Source: Patescibacteria group bacterium (GTDB taxonomy: Bacteria; Patescibacteriota; Patescibacteriia; UM-FILTER-42-10). From it: a DNA stretch of 64,000 nucleotides. Of this stretch, positions 18,088-27,828 are shown piece by piece (position 1 is the stretch's first letter; each line of letters starts with the position of its first letter). The position numbers and the translations under genes were made by a program. The stretch lies in NCBI GenBank assembly GCA_018825385.1, contig JAHJEX010000074.1:997-64996 (forward strand), written 5' to 3'. The notes under the pieces were generated by a model that saw only the letters and a list, made by a program, of their open reading frames with translations, was not told the DNA's origin and ran no database searches.

Positions 18088-19497
18088 ATGAAGAAACTTA
18101 TTATATTTGCAGTTGCAATTTTGCTTGCATTTCCACTATCTGTCTTTGCATATACAAAGACGCGTGCACCGGAGATTCGTGTGTTTGATTCAGATGGAGA
18201 GATGAAAAGAAATCTGACTGTGTACCCTGAAGATTTTTATGGAGGGGTTTCCGTTGCTTCGTGTGATATAGATGGAAACGGGAAAGATGAAATTATTGTG
18301 GGCGCAGGCCCGGGCGGTGGACCAAACGTAAAAATTGTCTGGCCCTATTCACTGAAGATAACCGGATTTCTGGCTTATGCAGAAACTTTCAGAAAAGGAG
18401 TAACAGTTGCCTGTGGCGATCTGAATGGTGATGGTGAGATAGAAATAGTTACAGGTTCAGGATCAGGAGGTGGACCACACATCAGAATATTTGATACCGA
18501 GGGAAATCAAAAGTTTACTCCGGGATTCTTTGCGTTTGGTGAAAATATGCGAGGTGGTGTAAACGTAGCTGTGGGTGATGTGGATGGGGATGGGAAAGAT
18601 GATATTGTCGCAGCACCTGGTTCATCCGGAGGATCGCATGTTAGGGTATTTAACTTTCGTGGTGATTATAAGGGGATAGATTTCTTTCCGTTTCGAGAGG
18701 GCGACAGGGGAGGAGTTTCGTTAGCTGTGGGAAACTTTGATGGTGGGCCGGAAGATGAGATAGTAGTAGCAGTAGAAAAGTTTGGCAAAGCTTGGACAAA
18801 GATCTATAAATTTAATGAATCAAGAACTATCCTTGGTGAATTTGATGCCTACCCCGATTACTTTGAAGGTGGAATTAGGGTAGGTGCGGGTGACGTGGAT
18901 AATGATGGATTTGATGAGGTGATTGTCGCTCCGACAAGAGCAGGTGGTCCACATGTTAGAATGTTTGAAGCACACGGTGAATTGATTGATAATTCCATAT
19001 TTGCTTATGAAGAAGATTTTCGAGGGGGCGTGAATCTTGCAAGTGGTGATATTACCGGAAATGGACAAGATGACATTATTACTGCCCCTGCTGGATGGTT
19101 CAGCGAAAACAGGCCTGATCATTATAAATATATTGAGGTTAACCTAACGGAACAGAAGCTCTATGCTTATGAGAATGATAAATTAGTGGATTCTTTTCTT
19201 ATCTCATCAGGAATTAAGGGAAAATATGATACGCCGATAGGAGAATACAGTGTGTTTCTGAAACGTGAATCCACTGATATGAGCTGGTTCTATGGTCCAG
19301 ATGATCCGGATAACTATGACTTAGAGGATGTGCCTCATGTTCTATCATTTTCAGGCGCATATACGATTCATGGAACTTATTGGCACAATAATTTTGGATA
19401 TCGAATGAGCCATGGGTGCGTAAATATGTCACGTGAGGATTCTGCCTGGCTTTATCAATGGGCAAATCTAGGAATTCCAGTTATTGTTCACGACTGA
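18088..19497 (+). CDS. Second secreted FG-GAP-repeat / L,D-transpeptidase fusion
   Basis: Signal peptide, same repeat units, C-terminal TIHGTYW...MSHGCVN motif; paralog of 15563..16990. Confidence 0.9.
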   Translation: MKKLIIFAVAILLAFPLSVFAYTKTRAPEIRVFDSDGEMKRNLTVYPEDFYGGVSVASCDIDGNGKDEIIVGAGPGGGPNVKIVWPYSLKITGFLAYAETFRKGVTVACGDLNGDGEIEIVTGSGSGGGPHIRIFDTEGNQKFTPGFFAFGENMRGGVNVAVGDVDGDGKDDIVAAPGSSGGSHVRVFNFRGDYKGIDFFPFREGDRGGVSLAVGNFDGGPEDEIVVAVEKFGKAWTKIYKFNESRTILGEFDAYPDYFEGGIRVGAGDVDNDGFDEVIVAPTRAGGPHVRMFEAHGELIDNSIFAYEEDFRGGVNLASGDITGNGQDDIITAPAGWFSENRPDHYKYIEVNLTEQKLYAYENDKLVDSFLISSGIKGKYDTPIGEYSVFLKRESTDMSWFYGPDDPDNYDLEDVPHVLSFSGAYTIHGTYWHNNFGYRMSHGCVNMSREDSAWLYQWANLGIPVIVHD

Positions 19498-19583
19498 TAC
19501 TGTCGTTATTTGATGATTATGTAATTATTGTGTATAATTTTTACAGTGTTTAACTAAACTTTTTTATTTTGATTAAGTAATAT

Positions 19584-21248
19584 ATGGGAATGCGCAAAAA
19601 GCTTTGGGTCAGCCTCCTGCTAATCGCAGTTTTAGCTGGTCTAGCTGGGTTGGTTGATTGGCCAAAAGGTCCTGATATAAGAATTGGGGATTATTTTAAG
19701 GAGATAAAAGTCCATCTCGGATTAGATTTGCAGGGAGGAACTCATTTAGTTTACAAAGCTGATACAGTCGATATTCCTTCCTCTGAAAGGACAGAAGCGA
19801 TAGAAGGAGTTCGTGATGTTATAGAAAGAAGGGTTAACTCTTTTGGTGTTTCAGAACCGGTAGTCCAGACGAATAAATCAGGCGATGAATACAGGGTGAT
19901 CGTTGAACTTCCAGGAGTAACTGATGTAACTCAGGCAATCCAAATGATAGGGGAAACGCCTTTGTTGGAATTCAGAGAGCAGGCGGCACCAGAATTCGAT
20001 GAAGATCAAAACCAGGCAATGGAAGCTTATAATGCTGACGCAAGGATTAGGGCTGAAGAAATATTGTTAGCTGCTTTAGATGATGCAAACGACTTTGCTG
20101 AACTTGCAAAGGAAAAAAGTGAAGGTCCGTCAGCAGAAAGCGGTGGGGATTTAGGTGAATTTGGCCGCGGTGCTATGGTTCCGGAGTTTGATGAGGTAGT
20201 TTTTGAGAAAGCTGAAGTCGGAAAAGTCTATCCAGAATTAGTAGAAACCATGTTTGGCTATCATATTATAAAGGTTGAGAACAGAATAACGAGTGTGAAT
20301 GATGAAGGCGTGGAGGAAGAAAAAGCTACTGCGCGACACATTTTGGTTCAAATACAGTCTGAAGAAGCTGCGGCCTCGACAAATTATGTAAACACAGGTC
20401 TTTCCGGAAAACATCTAGATAGCGCTCAAGTACAGTTTGATCAGTCCACCGGACAGCCGGAAATAAATCTTAGGTTTAATAGTGAAGGAAAAGACTTATT
20501 TGCTGAAATAACAAAGCGTAATTTAGGAAAGCCTGTAGCAATCTATTTAGATCATGCTCCAATAAGTATTCCAATTGTCCAGGCAGAAATAACATCTGGG
20601 GAAGCGGTAATAACTGGCAGCTTCACATTGGAAGAGGCAAAAATACTTACAAGAAGACTTAATTCTGGTGCACTGCCAATTCCGATTTCACTTCTAAATC
20701 AGCAGAATATTGGCGCAACATTGGGACAGGAATCAGTGGAAAGAAGCTTGTTTGCAGGAATACTAGGGCTAGTTCTAGTTGCCATATTTATGATTGCATA
20801 TTATCGACTGCCAGGTTTACTATCAGTAATTGCATTAACTATTTATTCCCTGCTTGTGCTCGCAGTATTTAAACTGTGGCCAGTTACATTAACGCTTGCT
20901 GGAATTGCTGGATTTATATTATCTATCGGTATGGCCGTTGATGCGAATGTACTTATTTTTGAAAGATTAAAGGAGGAATTAAGACGTGGAAAGCCAATAC
21001 TAAGTGCAGTTGAAGATGGATTTAAACGCGCGTGGCCATCAATACGAGATTCAAATGTTTCATCACTCATTACGTGTGTTATTCTTATTTGGTTCGGCAC
21101 AAGCTTAATTAAAGGTTTTGCAATAACATTAGGAATCGGAATACTGCTTAGTATGTTTTCAGCAATTACTGTCACCAGAAATTTCCTAAGAATTTCTGCA
21201 CTCAAGAAATGGAAGGGTTTTTGGTTGTTTGGAGTAAAAAATAAATAG
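19584..21248 (+). CDS. secD: Protein translocase subunit SecD with an inserted parvulin-type PPIase domain
   Basis: LGLDLQGG, RRVNSFGVSEP, SGALP and IGMAVDANVLIFER motifs; internal FAELAK..S....GGDLG...FGYHII segment. Confidence 0.95.
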   Translation: MGMRKKLWVSLLLIAVLAGLAGLVDWPKGPDIRIGDYFKEIKVHLGLDLQGGTHLVYKADTVDIPSSERTEAIEGVRDVIERRVNSFGVSEPVVQTNKSGDEYRVIVELPGVTDVTQAIQMIGETPLLEFREQAAPEFDEDQNQAMEAYNADARIRAEEILLAALDDANDFAELAKEKSEGPSAESGGDLGEFGRGAMVPEFDEVVFEKAEVGKVYPELVETMFGYHIIKVENRITSVNDEGVEEEKATARHILVQIQSEEAAASTNYVNTGLSGKHLDSAQVQFDQSTGQPEINLRFNSEGKDLFAEITKRNLGKPVAIYLDHAPISIPIVQAEITSGEAVITGSFTLEEAKILTRRLNSGALPIPISLLNQQNIGATLGQESVERSLFAGILGLVLVAIFMIAYYRLPGLLSVIALTIYSLLVLAVFKLWPVTLTLAGIAGFILSIGMAVDANVLIFERLKEELRRGKPILSAVEDGFKRAWPSIRDSNVSSLITCVILIWFGTSLIKGFAITLGIGILLSMFSAITVTRNFLRISALKKWKGFWLFGVKNK

Positions 21249-21255
21249 CCCAAAT

Positions 21256-22149
21256 ATGTATAATATTATTGGTACAAGAAAAACATGGTTCTCACTTTCA
21301 GCAATATTGATTGTTGCAAGTGTTATATTTCTTGCAATGGGAGGCCTGAAATTAGGAATTGATTTTACAGGTGGGTCGCTTTTGCAAGTGCAGTTTGAAG
21401 ATGTTAGACCTACTGCTCAGGAAGTCCAATCAAATATAGAGAAATTAGAATTGGGTGAGATAGTTGTCCAGCCAGTTAAAGATACTGAGATTATGATCCG
21501 AATGAAGGCTATTGGAAATGATATGAGAGAAAGCATTCTAGCCTCGTTAACTGAGGAATTTGGCGTTGTTCATGAGATGGCGTTTGAATCTATTGGCCCT
21601 ACAATTGGTAAAGAACTAAGACAAAAAGCTATTATTGCCATCCTCATCGTTATGCTAGCAATTATTGCATACGTGTCTTGGGCATTTCGAAAAATTTCAA
21701 GCGGACCGGTTCCCGCATATGTCTTCGGTTTGTGTGCTATTATTGCGCTGGCACATGATATATTGATCGTAACAGGTATATTTGCAGCCCTTGGGTATTT
21801 TCTCGAAGTGGAGATCGGTGCGTTATTTGTGACGGCTTTGTTAACAATTCTCGGTTTTTCTGTGCACGACACAATAGTTGTCTATGATCGGATAAGAGAG
21901 GGAATTCTAAGGGGGTCAACTACCGATTTCAGAACTATATTAAACACCGCGATCAATGCGACCTTGGTTCGATCCCTAAATACCTCTATTACAACACTGT
22001 TTGTTTTAGTTGCTTTGTATTTGTTTGGTGGGGAATCAATTAAATATTTTGTTCTTGCCTTGATTTTAGGCATTATACTAGGTACTTACTCATCAATATT
22101 TATTGCCAGCCCACTTTTGTTGCTCTGGAAGCGTTTCTTCTCAAAATAG
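21256..22149 (+). CDS. secF: Protein translocase subunit SecF
   Basis: GIDFTGG, IGPTIGKEL, GFSVHDTIVVYDRIRE and GTYSSIFIASP motifs. Confidence 0.97.
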   Translation: MYNIIGTRKTWFSLSAILIVASVIFLAMGGLKLGIDFTGGSLLQVQFEDVRPTAQEVQSNIEKLELGEIVVQPVKDTEIMIRMKAIGNDMRESILASLTEEFGVVHEMAFESIGPTIGKELRQKAIIAILIVMLAIIAYVSWAFRKISSGPVPAYVFGLCAIIALAHDILIVTGIFAALGYFLEVEIGALFVTALLTILGFSVHDTIVVYDRIREGILRGSTTDFRTILNTAINATLVRSLNTSITTLFVLVALYLFGGESIKYFVLALILGIILGTYSSIFIASPLLLLWKRFFSK

Positions 22150-22209
22150 CTGATTATAGTGCCGTAACTGCATTATTAGAAATGGCAGTTTTTTGTTACT
22201 ACCATTTTC

Positions 22210-22238
22210 TTGACACATATTCAAGGTTATGCTATACT
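22210..22238 (+). promoter_or_regulatory. Sigma-70 promoter
   Basis: TTGACA-17 nt-TATACT with an extended TG. Confidence 0.65.
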
Positions 22239-22276
22239 AAAATTAGTTAAATTGTGAATTCAAATGCTCTCAAAAT

Positions 22277-23431
22277 ATGAGCGACCAAAGTTCAATTCTA
22301 GATAAAGTTATTAACTCAAAACAAGAGGCAGAAATTGAGGGATTCAGTCCTAGCGAGACCGTTTCTTTATTGTTGAAGTATCTAACAAACAAGGAAGAAG
22401 ACGTTCTAAGACGTCGATTTGGGTTAAACGGTCAAGCAAAAGAGACGTTGGAGGCTATTGGGAAGGCATATAACGTTACTCGTGAGAGGATTCGGCAGAT
22501 AGAAAGCTCTGCGATCAAAAAAATTAAGGGATTAAGAGAATTTGGAGGAGTATCTACAGATTTTGAGCACACCATTTCAAATGTACTTGCTCGCAACGGC
22601 GGGATTATGGATGAAAATTCGCTTTTGCGGGAGTTACTAAATTTTGCCTCAGACAATCCGCTAAATAATAATTGTGCGGTATTTATTTTGGAGGAACTAG
22701 TTTCTAAAAAAATAGTCCGTGTGCCAGCATCGACTAGCGTTGAAAAGTCATGGAGCCTTCCCCATGTTTCAATGGATTTTGTTAATGAAACAATTGGACA
22801 ATTGATTCGAATTCTTGAGAATGATGACAAGCCACTAAAGCTTGATGAGCTTTTAGAAAAGTTTCACCAAACTGACTATTATGCAGGCAAGAATGAAGCT
22901 CTGACAGATGAAGGTAATCATTCTTACATAAATTTAAGTAAAAAGATTGATAATAATCCATTTGATGAATATGGATTAGCAAAGTGGGGATCAATCAACC
23001 CTAAGCGGATGAAAGATAAAATATACCTGGTTTTGAAGAAAGAAAAAAAGCCATTACACTTTAATAAAATTACTGATCTAATAAACAAGGTTAAGTTTGA
23101 TAGACGAAAGGCATATCCACCAACTGTTCATAACGAATTAATTCTGAATAATGATTTTGTCCTAGTTGGTAGAGGAATATATGCGCTTAAAGAATGGGGC
23201 TATAAACCTGGCGTTGTTTCGGATGTGCTGATAAAAATCCTCGAAAAAGCTGATAATCCATTATCAAGAGACGAGCTAGTCAAACGCGTGCTTGAACAGA
23301 GGGTTGTTAGGAAAAATACGATTCATTTGGCGCTTACGGATAAAACCAAGTTTACGAAACTTCCTGATAAACGCTATTCCCTAAATAGCGAAACGCCTGA
23401 TCAGGAAGTTGTAGAGCCAACATCTATTTAA
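22277..23431 (+). CDS. Sigma-70 region-4-like HTH protein with C-terminal winged-HTH (HARE-HTH / RNAP delta-like) domains
   Basis: LTNKEEDVLRRRFGL..ETLEAIG..YNVTRERIRQIE; C-terminal PLHF..I, VHNELI and FVLVGRGIYAL.EWG. Sigma regions 2 and 3 are absent. Confidence 0.75.
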   Translation: MSDQSSILDKVINSKQEAEIEGFSPSETVSLLLKYLTNKEEDVLRRRFGLNGQAKETLEAIGKAYNVTRERIRQIESSAIKKIKGLREFGGVSTDFEHTISNVLARNGGIMDENSLLRELLNFASDNPLNNNCAVFILEELVSKKIVRVPASTSVEKSWSLPHVSMDFVNETIGQLIRILENDDKPLKLDELLEKFHQTDYYAGKNEALTDEGNHSYINLSKKIDNNPFDEYGLAKWGSINPKRMKDKIYLVLKKEKKPLHFNKITDLINKVKFDRRKAYPPTVHNELILNNDFVLVGRGIYALKEWGYKPGVVSDVLIKILEKADNPLSRDELVKRVLEQRVVRKNTIHLALTDKTKFTKLPDKRYSLNSETPDQEVVEPTSI

Positions 23432-23440
23432 TATTCAAAA

Positions 23441-24883
23441 ATGGAAATTTCTATAGATCTTACATCATTGGTTGAACGTGGTGTACAGAATCCGCTTGCA
23501 CTTGCATGGTGGATTTTTGTAAAAGGTGGCTGGGTCGTTTTTTTGATAATTTTTATGGTGGGATTGTATTTTGCGAAGCTTGAGCATGCAAGGAGAAAAT
23601 ACCGAGAGACCGCAGAGCCAGTTTTACTAGCGCTGGATATTCCAAAGGAAAACGAGCAAAGTCTGAAAGCCATTGAACAAATATTTGCGCAGTTACATGC
23701 AAATGAATCCCATGCCAATAAGCTACAGCGATTTTGGCAGGGAAAGGTCCAGAGTCGGTATTCCCTTGAATTGGTAAGCATTGATGGATATATTCAGTAT
23801 TTGATCAGGTCTGATAAAGATAATAGAGATTTAGTTGAAGCAGCAATATATGCTCAATACCCAGATGCGGAGATTACAGAGGTTGGCGACTACACTGACT
23901 CTGTGCCAAATCAATTTCCAAACAAGGATTATGATTTGTGGGGAGCAGAGTTTGTGCTAGCAAAAAATGACGCATATCCCATTCGTACTTATCGTAATTT
24001 TGAGCATACTTTAACTCAAAAATTTGCTGATCCAATGGCTTCGCTACTTGAGGCTCTATCGCGTCTACAGCCTGGGGAACAGACGTGGTTACAGATAATA
24101 ATTACACCTACAGGGTCCGGATGGACCAAAAATGCGGATCGCCTGGTAAAAAAACTAATAGGAGAAAAAACTGCGAGAAAAAAGGGAATGCTTTCTCCGC
24201 TTGCTGACTCTGCAAAAGGTTTTGGCAATGAAGCGGTAAATCAATTGTTGGGGGGAAGTACAGGCTCAACAGAAAAAAGCAGTTCCGAAAAGGAGGAGCA
24301 GAACAAAATAAAATTTCTAACTGCTGGTGCTCAAAGTGTTGTCGAGGCAATTGAAGAAAAAATGGCAAAAATTGCATTTCGAACAAAAATTCGTTTGGTC
24401 TATATTGCAAAGAAGGAAATCTTTGATAAAAATCGAGGCGTGAGACCTGTAAGAGGAGCTATCCTACAGTATAACACTCAAAATCTCAATGCATTTGAAA
24501 CTCATAAAAAAACTAAAACAAAGGCTGATTACATAAGAGTTGATAAGCGAATTGCCCATAAGCAGAGAAAAATTTTACGAGCATATAAAATGCGAGCAAA
24601 TCACTTAGGGATTGGTGAAGGATTCATTATGAATATTGAGGAATTAGCAAGTATATTTCACTTTCCAATTGCAGAAATCACAGTTCCACCTGTTCAAAGA
24701 ACTGAAGTGCGTAAAGGAGGAGCGCCAACGACATTACCGCGTGAATTTATGTCCACATCCGGGATACCTCTCCAAACTCCAGGTGCAAAAATTGCAACTG
24801 ATCAGCCTATGCCAAGAGCAGGTATACCTGAAAATCTTCCTATAGAGATTAATAATACTGACGAATCAAAAGATGGTGAATAG
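23441..24883 (+). CDS. Membrane-anchored partner of the VirD4-like ATPase (CPR-type, DUF8128-like)
   Basis: N-terminal TM; YAQYPDAEI, YPIRTY, WLQIII and EELASIFHFP motifs; overlaps the start of the ATPase gene. Confidence 0.65.
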   Translation: MEISIDLTSLVERGVQNPLALAWWIFVKGGWVVFLIIFMVGLYFAKLEHARRKYRETAEPVLLALDIPKENEQSLKAIEQIFAQLHANESHANKLQRFWQGKVQSRYSLELVSIDGYIQYLIRSDKDNRDLVEAAIYAQYPDAEITEVGDYTDSVPNQFPNKDYDLWGAEFVLAKNDAYPIRTYRNFEHTLTQKFADPMASLLEALSRLQPGEQTWLQIIITPTGSGWTKNADRLVKKLIGEKTARKKGMLSPLADSAKGFGNEAVNQLLGGSTGSTEKSSSEKEEQNKIKFLTAGAQSVVEAIEEKMAKIAFRTKIRLVYIAKKEIFDKNRGVRPVRGAILQYNTQNLNAFETHKKTKTKADYIRVDKRIAHKQRKILRAYKMRANHLGIGEGFIMNIEELASIFHFPIAEITVPPVQRTEVRKGGAPTTLPREFMSTSGIPLQTPGAKIATDQPMPRAGIPENLPIEINNTDESKDGE

Positions 24884-26603
24884 TAATGAAATAACAGTTT
24901 TCGCGGAAACTAATTTTCGTAACAAGAAAGTCAGATTTGGCATCAAAGAAGATGACCGAAGACGACATATATATTTGATTGGGAAAACTGGTGTAGGTAA
25001 ATCAAACTGTATCGAAAATATGGTGATTTCAGATATACAAAGAGGTCGTGGCGTTGCTCTTGTGGATCCGCACGGAGAATCAGTTGAAAAAGTAGTTAAG
25101 TATATCCCATCAAATAGAGTTAATGATGTTGTTTACTTTAATCCGTCTGATACAGAGCATCCTATTGCGTTTAATATACTTGAGGAGGTTAATCCTCAAT
25201 ATAAAAATTTGATTGCATCTGGGTTAGTTGGCGTGTTTAAAAAGATATGGGCGGACTCGTGGGGACCTAGGCTTGAGTACATTCTGATGAATACTATCTT
25301 AGCATTGCTAGAGAATCCTGGAAGCACTCTTTTAGGTATTACAAGATTATTGGTTGATAAGACTTACCGCAAAAAAATTGTTTCTAACCTCACTGACCCG
25401 ATTGTTAAGGCATTTTGGATTGATGAGTATGCAAACTATAATGAACGATTCAGAACGGAGGCAATTTCTCCAATACAGAATAAGGTTGGTCAGTTTCTTT
25501 CTAGCGCAATAATTAGGAATATAGTTGGACAGCCAAAAAGCACGATTGACATGAGAAACATAATGGATAAGAAGAAAATTCTTCTGATGAACCTTGCAAA
25601 AGGAAGGATTGGGGAAGAAAATTCTGCTCTTCTTGGCGCAATGATGATCACTAAGCTTCAATTAGCAGCAATGAGCCGAGTGGATGTCGCAGAGGAAGAT
25701 CGAGAGGATTTCTATTTATACGTTGATGAGTTTCAAAATTTTTCTACAGAAAGTTTTGCAAATATATTGTCTGAGGCGAGAAAATATAGATTGAATCTTA
25801 CTATTGCTCACCAATATATTGAGCAATTAGGTGACGTAGTAAAAGCAGCTGTGTTTGGTAATGTTGGTACCATTGTTTGTTTCAGGGTCGGCGCAGAAGA
25901 CGCTGAATTCCTCGAAAAAGAATTTGAGCCGTATTTTCTTCTGAATGATTTAGTAAATCTTCCAAAATATAATGTTTATATGAAACTGATGATTGATGGT
26001 ATTGCCTCAGCGCCATTCAGTGCAACAATTCTTCCGCCAATCCAGGGAGAAACTGGCAACCTGGAAAAAATTATTACATCATCACGTGAAAGATATGCTA
26101 GACCATTAAAAGTTGTTGAAGAGAAAATACTCAGATGGAGTGGCGTTGAGGAGATGTACAGAGGTGACGCTAATGAAGAAACTGTAACGAAGCCAGCTCC
26201 ACAGTACAAAAAGCCAGTTAGCAGTAGCAATAAAATCACTGAAAACAATGAACGTGTACCTAACGAAAGTAAATCAAAACCAAAATCTGTGGTAAAGATT
26301 TCGGAAGGTCCGGTCGAGCCTGAGATTGATCTGCCACCGACGGAAATCCGCCTAAATGATGCACTACAACAAGGTCCTGTTTCTTTTAGTGAATCAAGAA
26401 AAAGAAATCCAGTATCAACTCAAAATAGTAACAGAAAGCAAGGGGATAGAAACAGAAAGAAAAAACGTCGCAAACCGAAACCTCATCATGCTAAAGAACA
26501 AATTCCACGGTTAGAGCCAAAATCAGATAATGATCAAACCCTACAGCAACAATCTAACAATTATATCCTAGAGCAAGGAAAAAGTGTAAAGTTTGATAAG
26601 TAG
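24873..26603 (+). CDS. VirD4/TraG/HerA-like P-loop ATPase (type IV coupling protein-like)
   Basis: Walker A GKTGVGKS, DPHG, Walker B LYVDEFQNF, SEARKYRL, AHQY..Q and FRVG.EDA motifs; disordered basic C-terminal tail. Confidence 0.88.
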   Translation: MVNSNEITVFAETNFRNKKVRFGIKEDDRRRHIYLIGKTGVGKSNCIENMVISDIQRGRGVALVDPHGESVEKVVKYIPSNRVNDVVYFNPSDTEHPIAFNILEEVNPQYKNLIASGLVGVFKKIWADSWGPRLEYILMNTILALLENPGSTLLGITRLLVDKTYRKKIVSNLTDPIVKAFWIDEYANYNERFRTEAISPIQNKVGQFLSSAIIRNIVGQPKSTIDMRNIMDKKKILLMNLAKGRIGEENSALLGAMMITKLQLAAMSRVDVAEEDREDFYLYVDEFQNFSTESFANILSEARKYRLNLTIAHQYIEQLGDVVKAAVFGNVGTIVCFRVGAEDAEFLEKEFEPYFLLNDLVNLPKYNVYMKLMIDGIASAPFSATILPPIQGETGNLEKIITSSRERYARPLKVVEEKILRWSGVEEMYRGDANEETVTKPAPQYKKPVSSSNKITENNERVPNESKSKPKSVVKISEGPVEPEIDLPPTEIRLNDALQQGPVSFSESRKRNPVSTQNSNRKQGDRNRKKKRRKPKPHHAKEQIPRLEPKSDNDQTLQQQSNNYILEQGKSVKFDK

Positions 26604-26695
26604 CGCACAATCACAAAAACCCAATTGCAATGTCTGTGAGTTTTTGATATACCTTGGTTCTTAATATCGCGTTAATGTCATATACTAGTAATAAG

Positions 26696-27796
26696 ATGAA
26701 AACAAGGAAAAAAATTTTTGTCGCAATGAGTGGTGGCGTCGATTCCTCAGTAGCAGCCTACTTATTAAAAAAGCAAGGACATGATGTTGTTGGTGTCTTT
26801 ATGAAAAACTGGACAGAGACTCTAAATAGCGAAAAAAACGGCTTTACTAAGGACTCAGAGCTTTGTCCTTGGGTTAATGACCAGGAAGACATGAGAATGG
26901 TTTGCAATAAACTACGAATTCCATTTTATACTTTCGATTTTGAGAAGGAATATAAGGATAGAGTAATTGAGTATTTTTATAGCAGCTATGAAAAGGGGAT
27001 CACTCCAAATCCTGATATAATGTGTAATAAGGAGATAAAGTTTAATTTATTTTTGAAAAAGTGCATTTTACTTAGAGCGGATTTTATAGCAACCGGACAC
27101 TATGCTCAGATAAGGAAGATTAGCACTGCCGGAGAGCAAAAATATGAGTTATTAAAAGGCAAAGACAAGACCAAGGATCAATCATACTTCCTCTGTACCC
27201 TCACACAAGCCCAGCTGGCAAAAACGTTGTTTCCTGTTGGGAAATATGAAAAAATTCATATTCGATCAATTGCTAAAAGAATTAAATTGCCAACACACGA
27301 CAAGAAGGACAGCCAGGGGATTTGTTTTATTGGTGAAGTTGATTTACGCGACTTTCTTAAAAAGCGTCTAAAGGAAAAACCGGGGGAAATTGTTGCCACT
27401 ACCGGTGAAACAATTGGTAATCATATTGGACTAGCGTTCTATACAATTGGACAGAGAAAAGGAATAAATATCGGTGGTGGAATCCCTTACTACGTCGTAG
27501 GCAAAGAGACTAATAGTAATCAGCTAATTGTTGCACGGGGAAGTCATGATCCAAATCTGTTTAGCAAAACACTATCTGCGAGTCAGATTCATTGGGTTGG
27601 CGACACACCAAAATTTCCACTGAAGTGCGCGGCAAAAATTAGATACCGTCAATCTGACCAGAAAGTTACTATTAATCTGCTTACTAAAAATGTAATCAGC
27701 GCTGTTTTTGAGGAACCTCAAAGAGCTATTACCCCAGGTCAATCGATTGTGTTATATAAGGGCGCAGTTCTGTTAGGCAGCGCAGTGATTACTTGA
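26696..27796 (+). CDS. mnmA: tRNA 2-thiouridine(34) synthase MnmA
   Basis: AMSGGVDSSV, TPNPDIMCN, ATGHYA, KDQSYFL, DSQGICFIG, YTIGQRKG and TPGQ motifs. Confidence 0.97.
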   Translation: MKTRKKIFVAMSGGVDSSVAAYLLKKQGHDVVGVFMKNWTETLNSEKNGFTKDSELCPWVNDQEDMRMVCNKLRIPFYTFDFEKEYKDRVIEYFYSSYEKGITPNPDIMCNKEIKFNLFLKKCILLRADFIATGHYAQIRKISTAGEQKYELLKGKDKTKDQSYFLCTLTQAQLAKTLFPVGKYEKIHIRSIAKRIKLPTHDKKDSQGICFIGEVDLRDFLKKRLKEKPGEIVATTGETIGNHIGLAFYTIGQRKGINIGGGIPYYVVGKETNSNQLIVARGSHDPNLFSKTLSASQIHWVGDTPKFPLKCAAKIRYRQSDQKVTINLLTKNVISAVFEEPQRAITPGQSIVLYKGAVLLGSAVIT

Positions 27797-27828
27797 AACT
27801 ACCCGTATCATAATGTACAATTAGTTGT

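Noticed and set aside
15700-19100. Recurring GGxGGxCCACA and GATGGxGATGG nucleotide repeats as a possible array or DGR template/variable pair
   Set aside because: They are degenerate codings of FG-GAP protein repeats inside two paralogous genes; there is no reverse transcriptase and no adenine-specific mismatch pattern.
23441-26603. Conjugative element or ICE
   Set aside because: No relaxase, VirB4/mating-pair genes, integrase or att-like repeats; the flanks are core genes.
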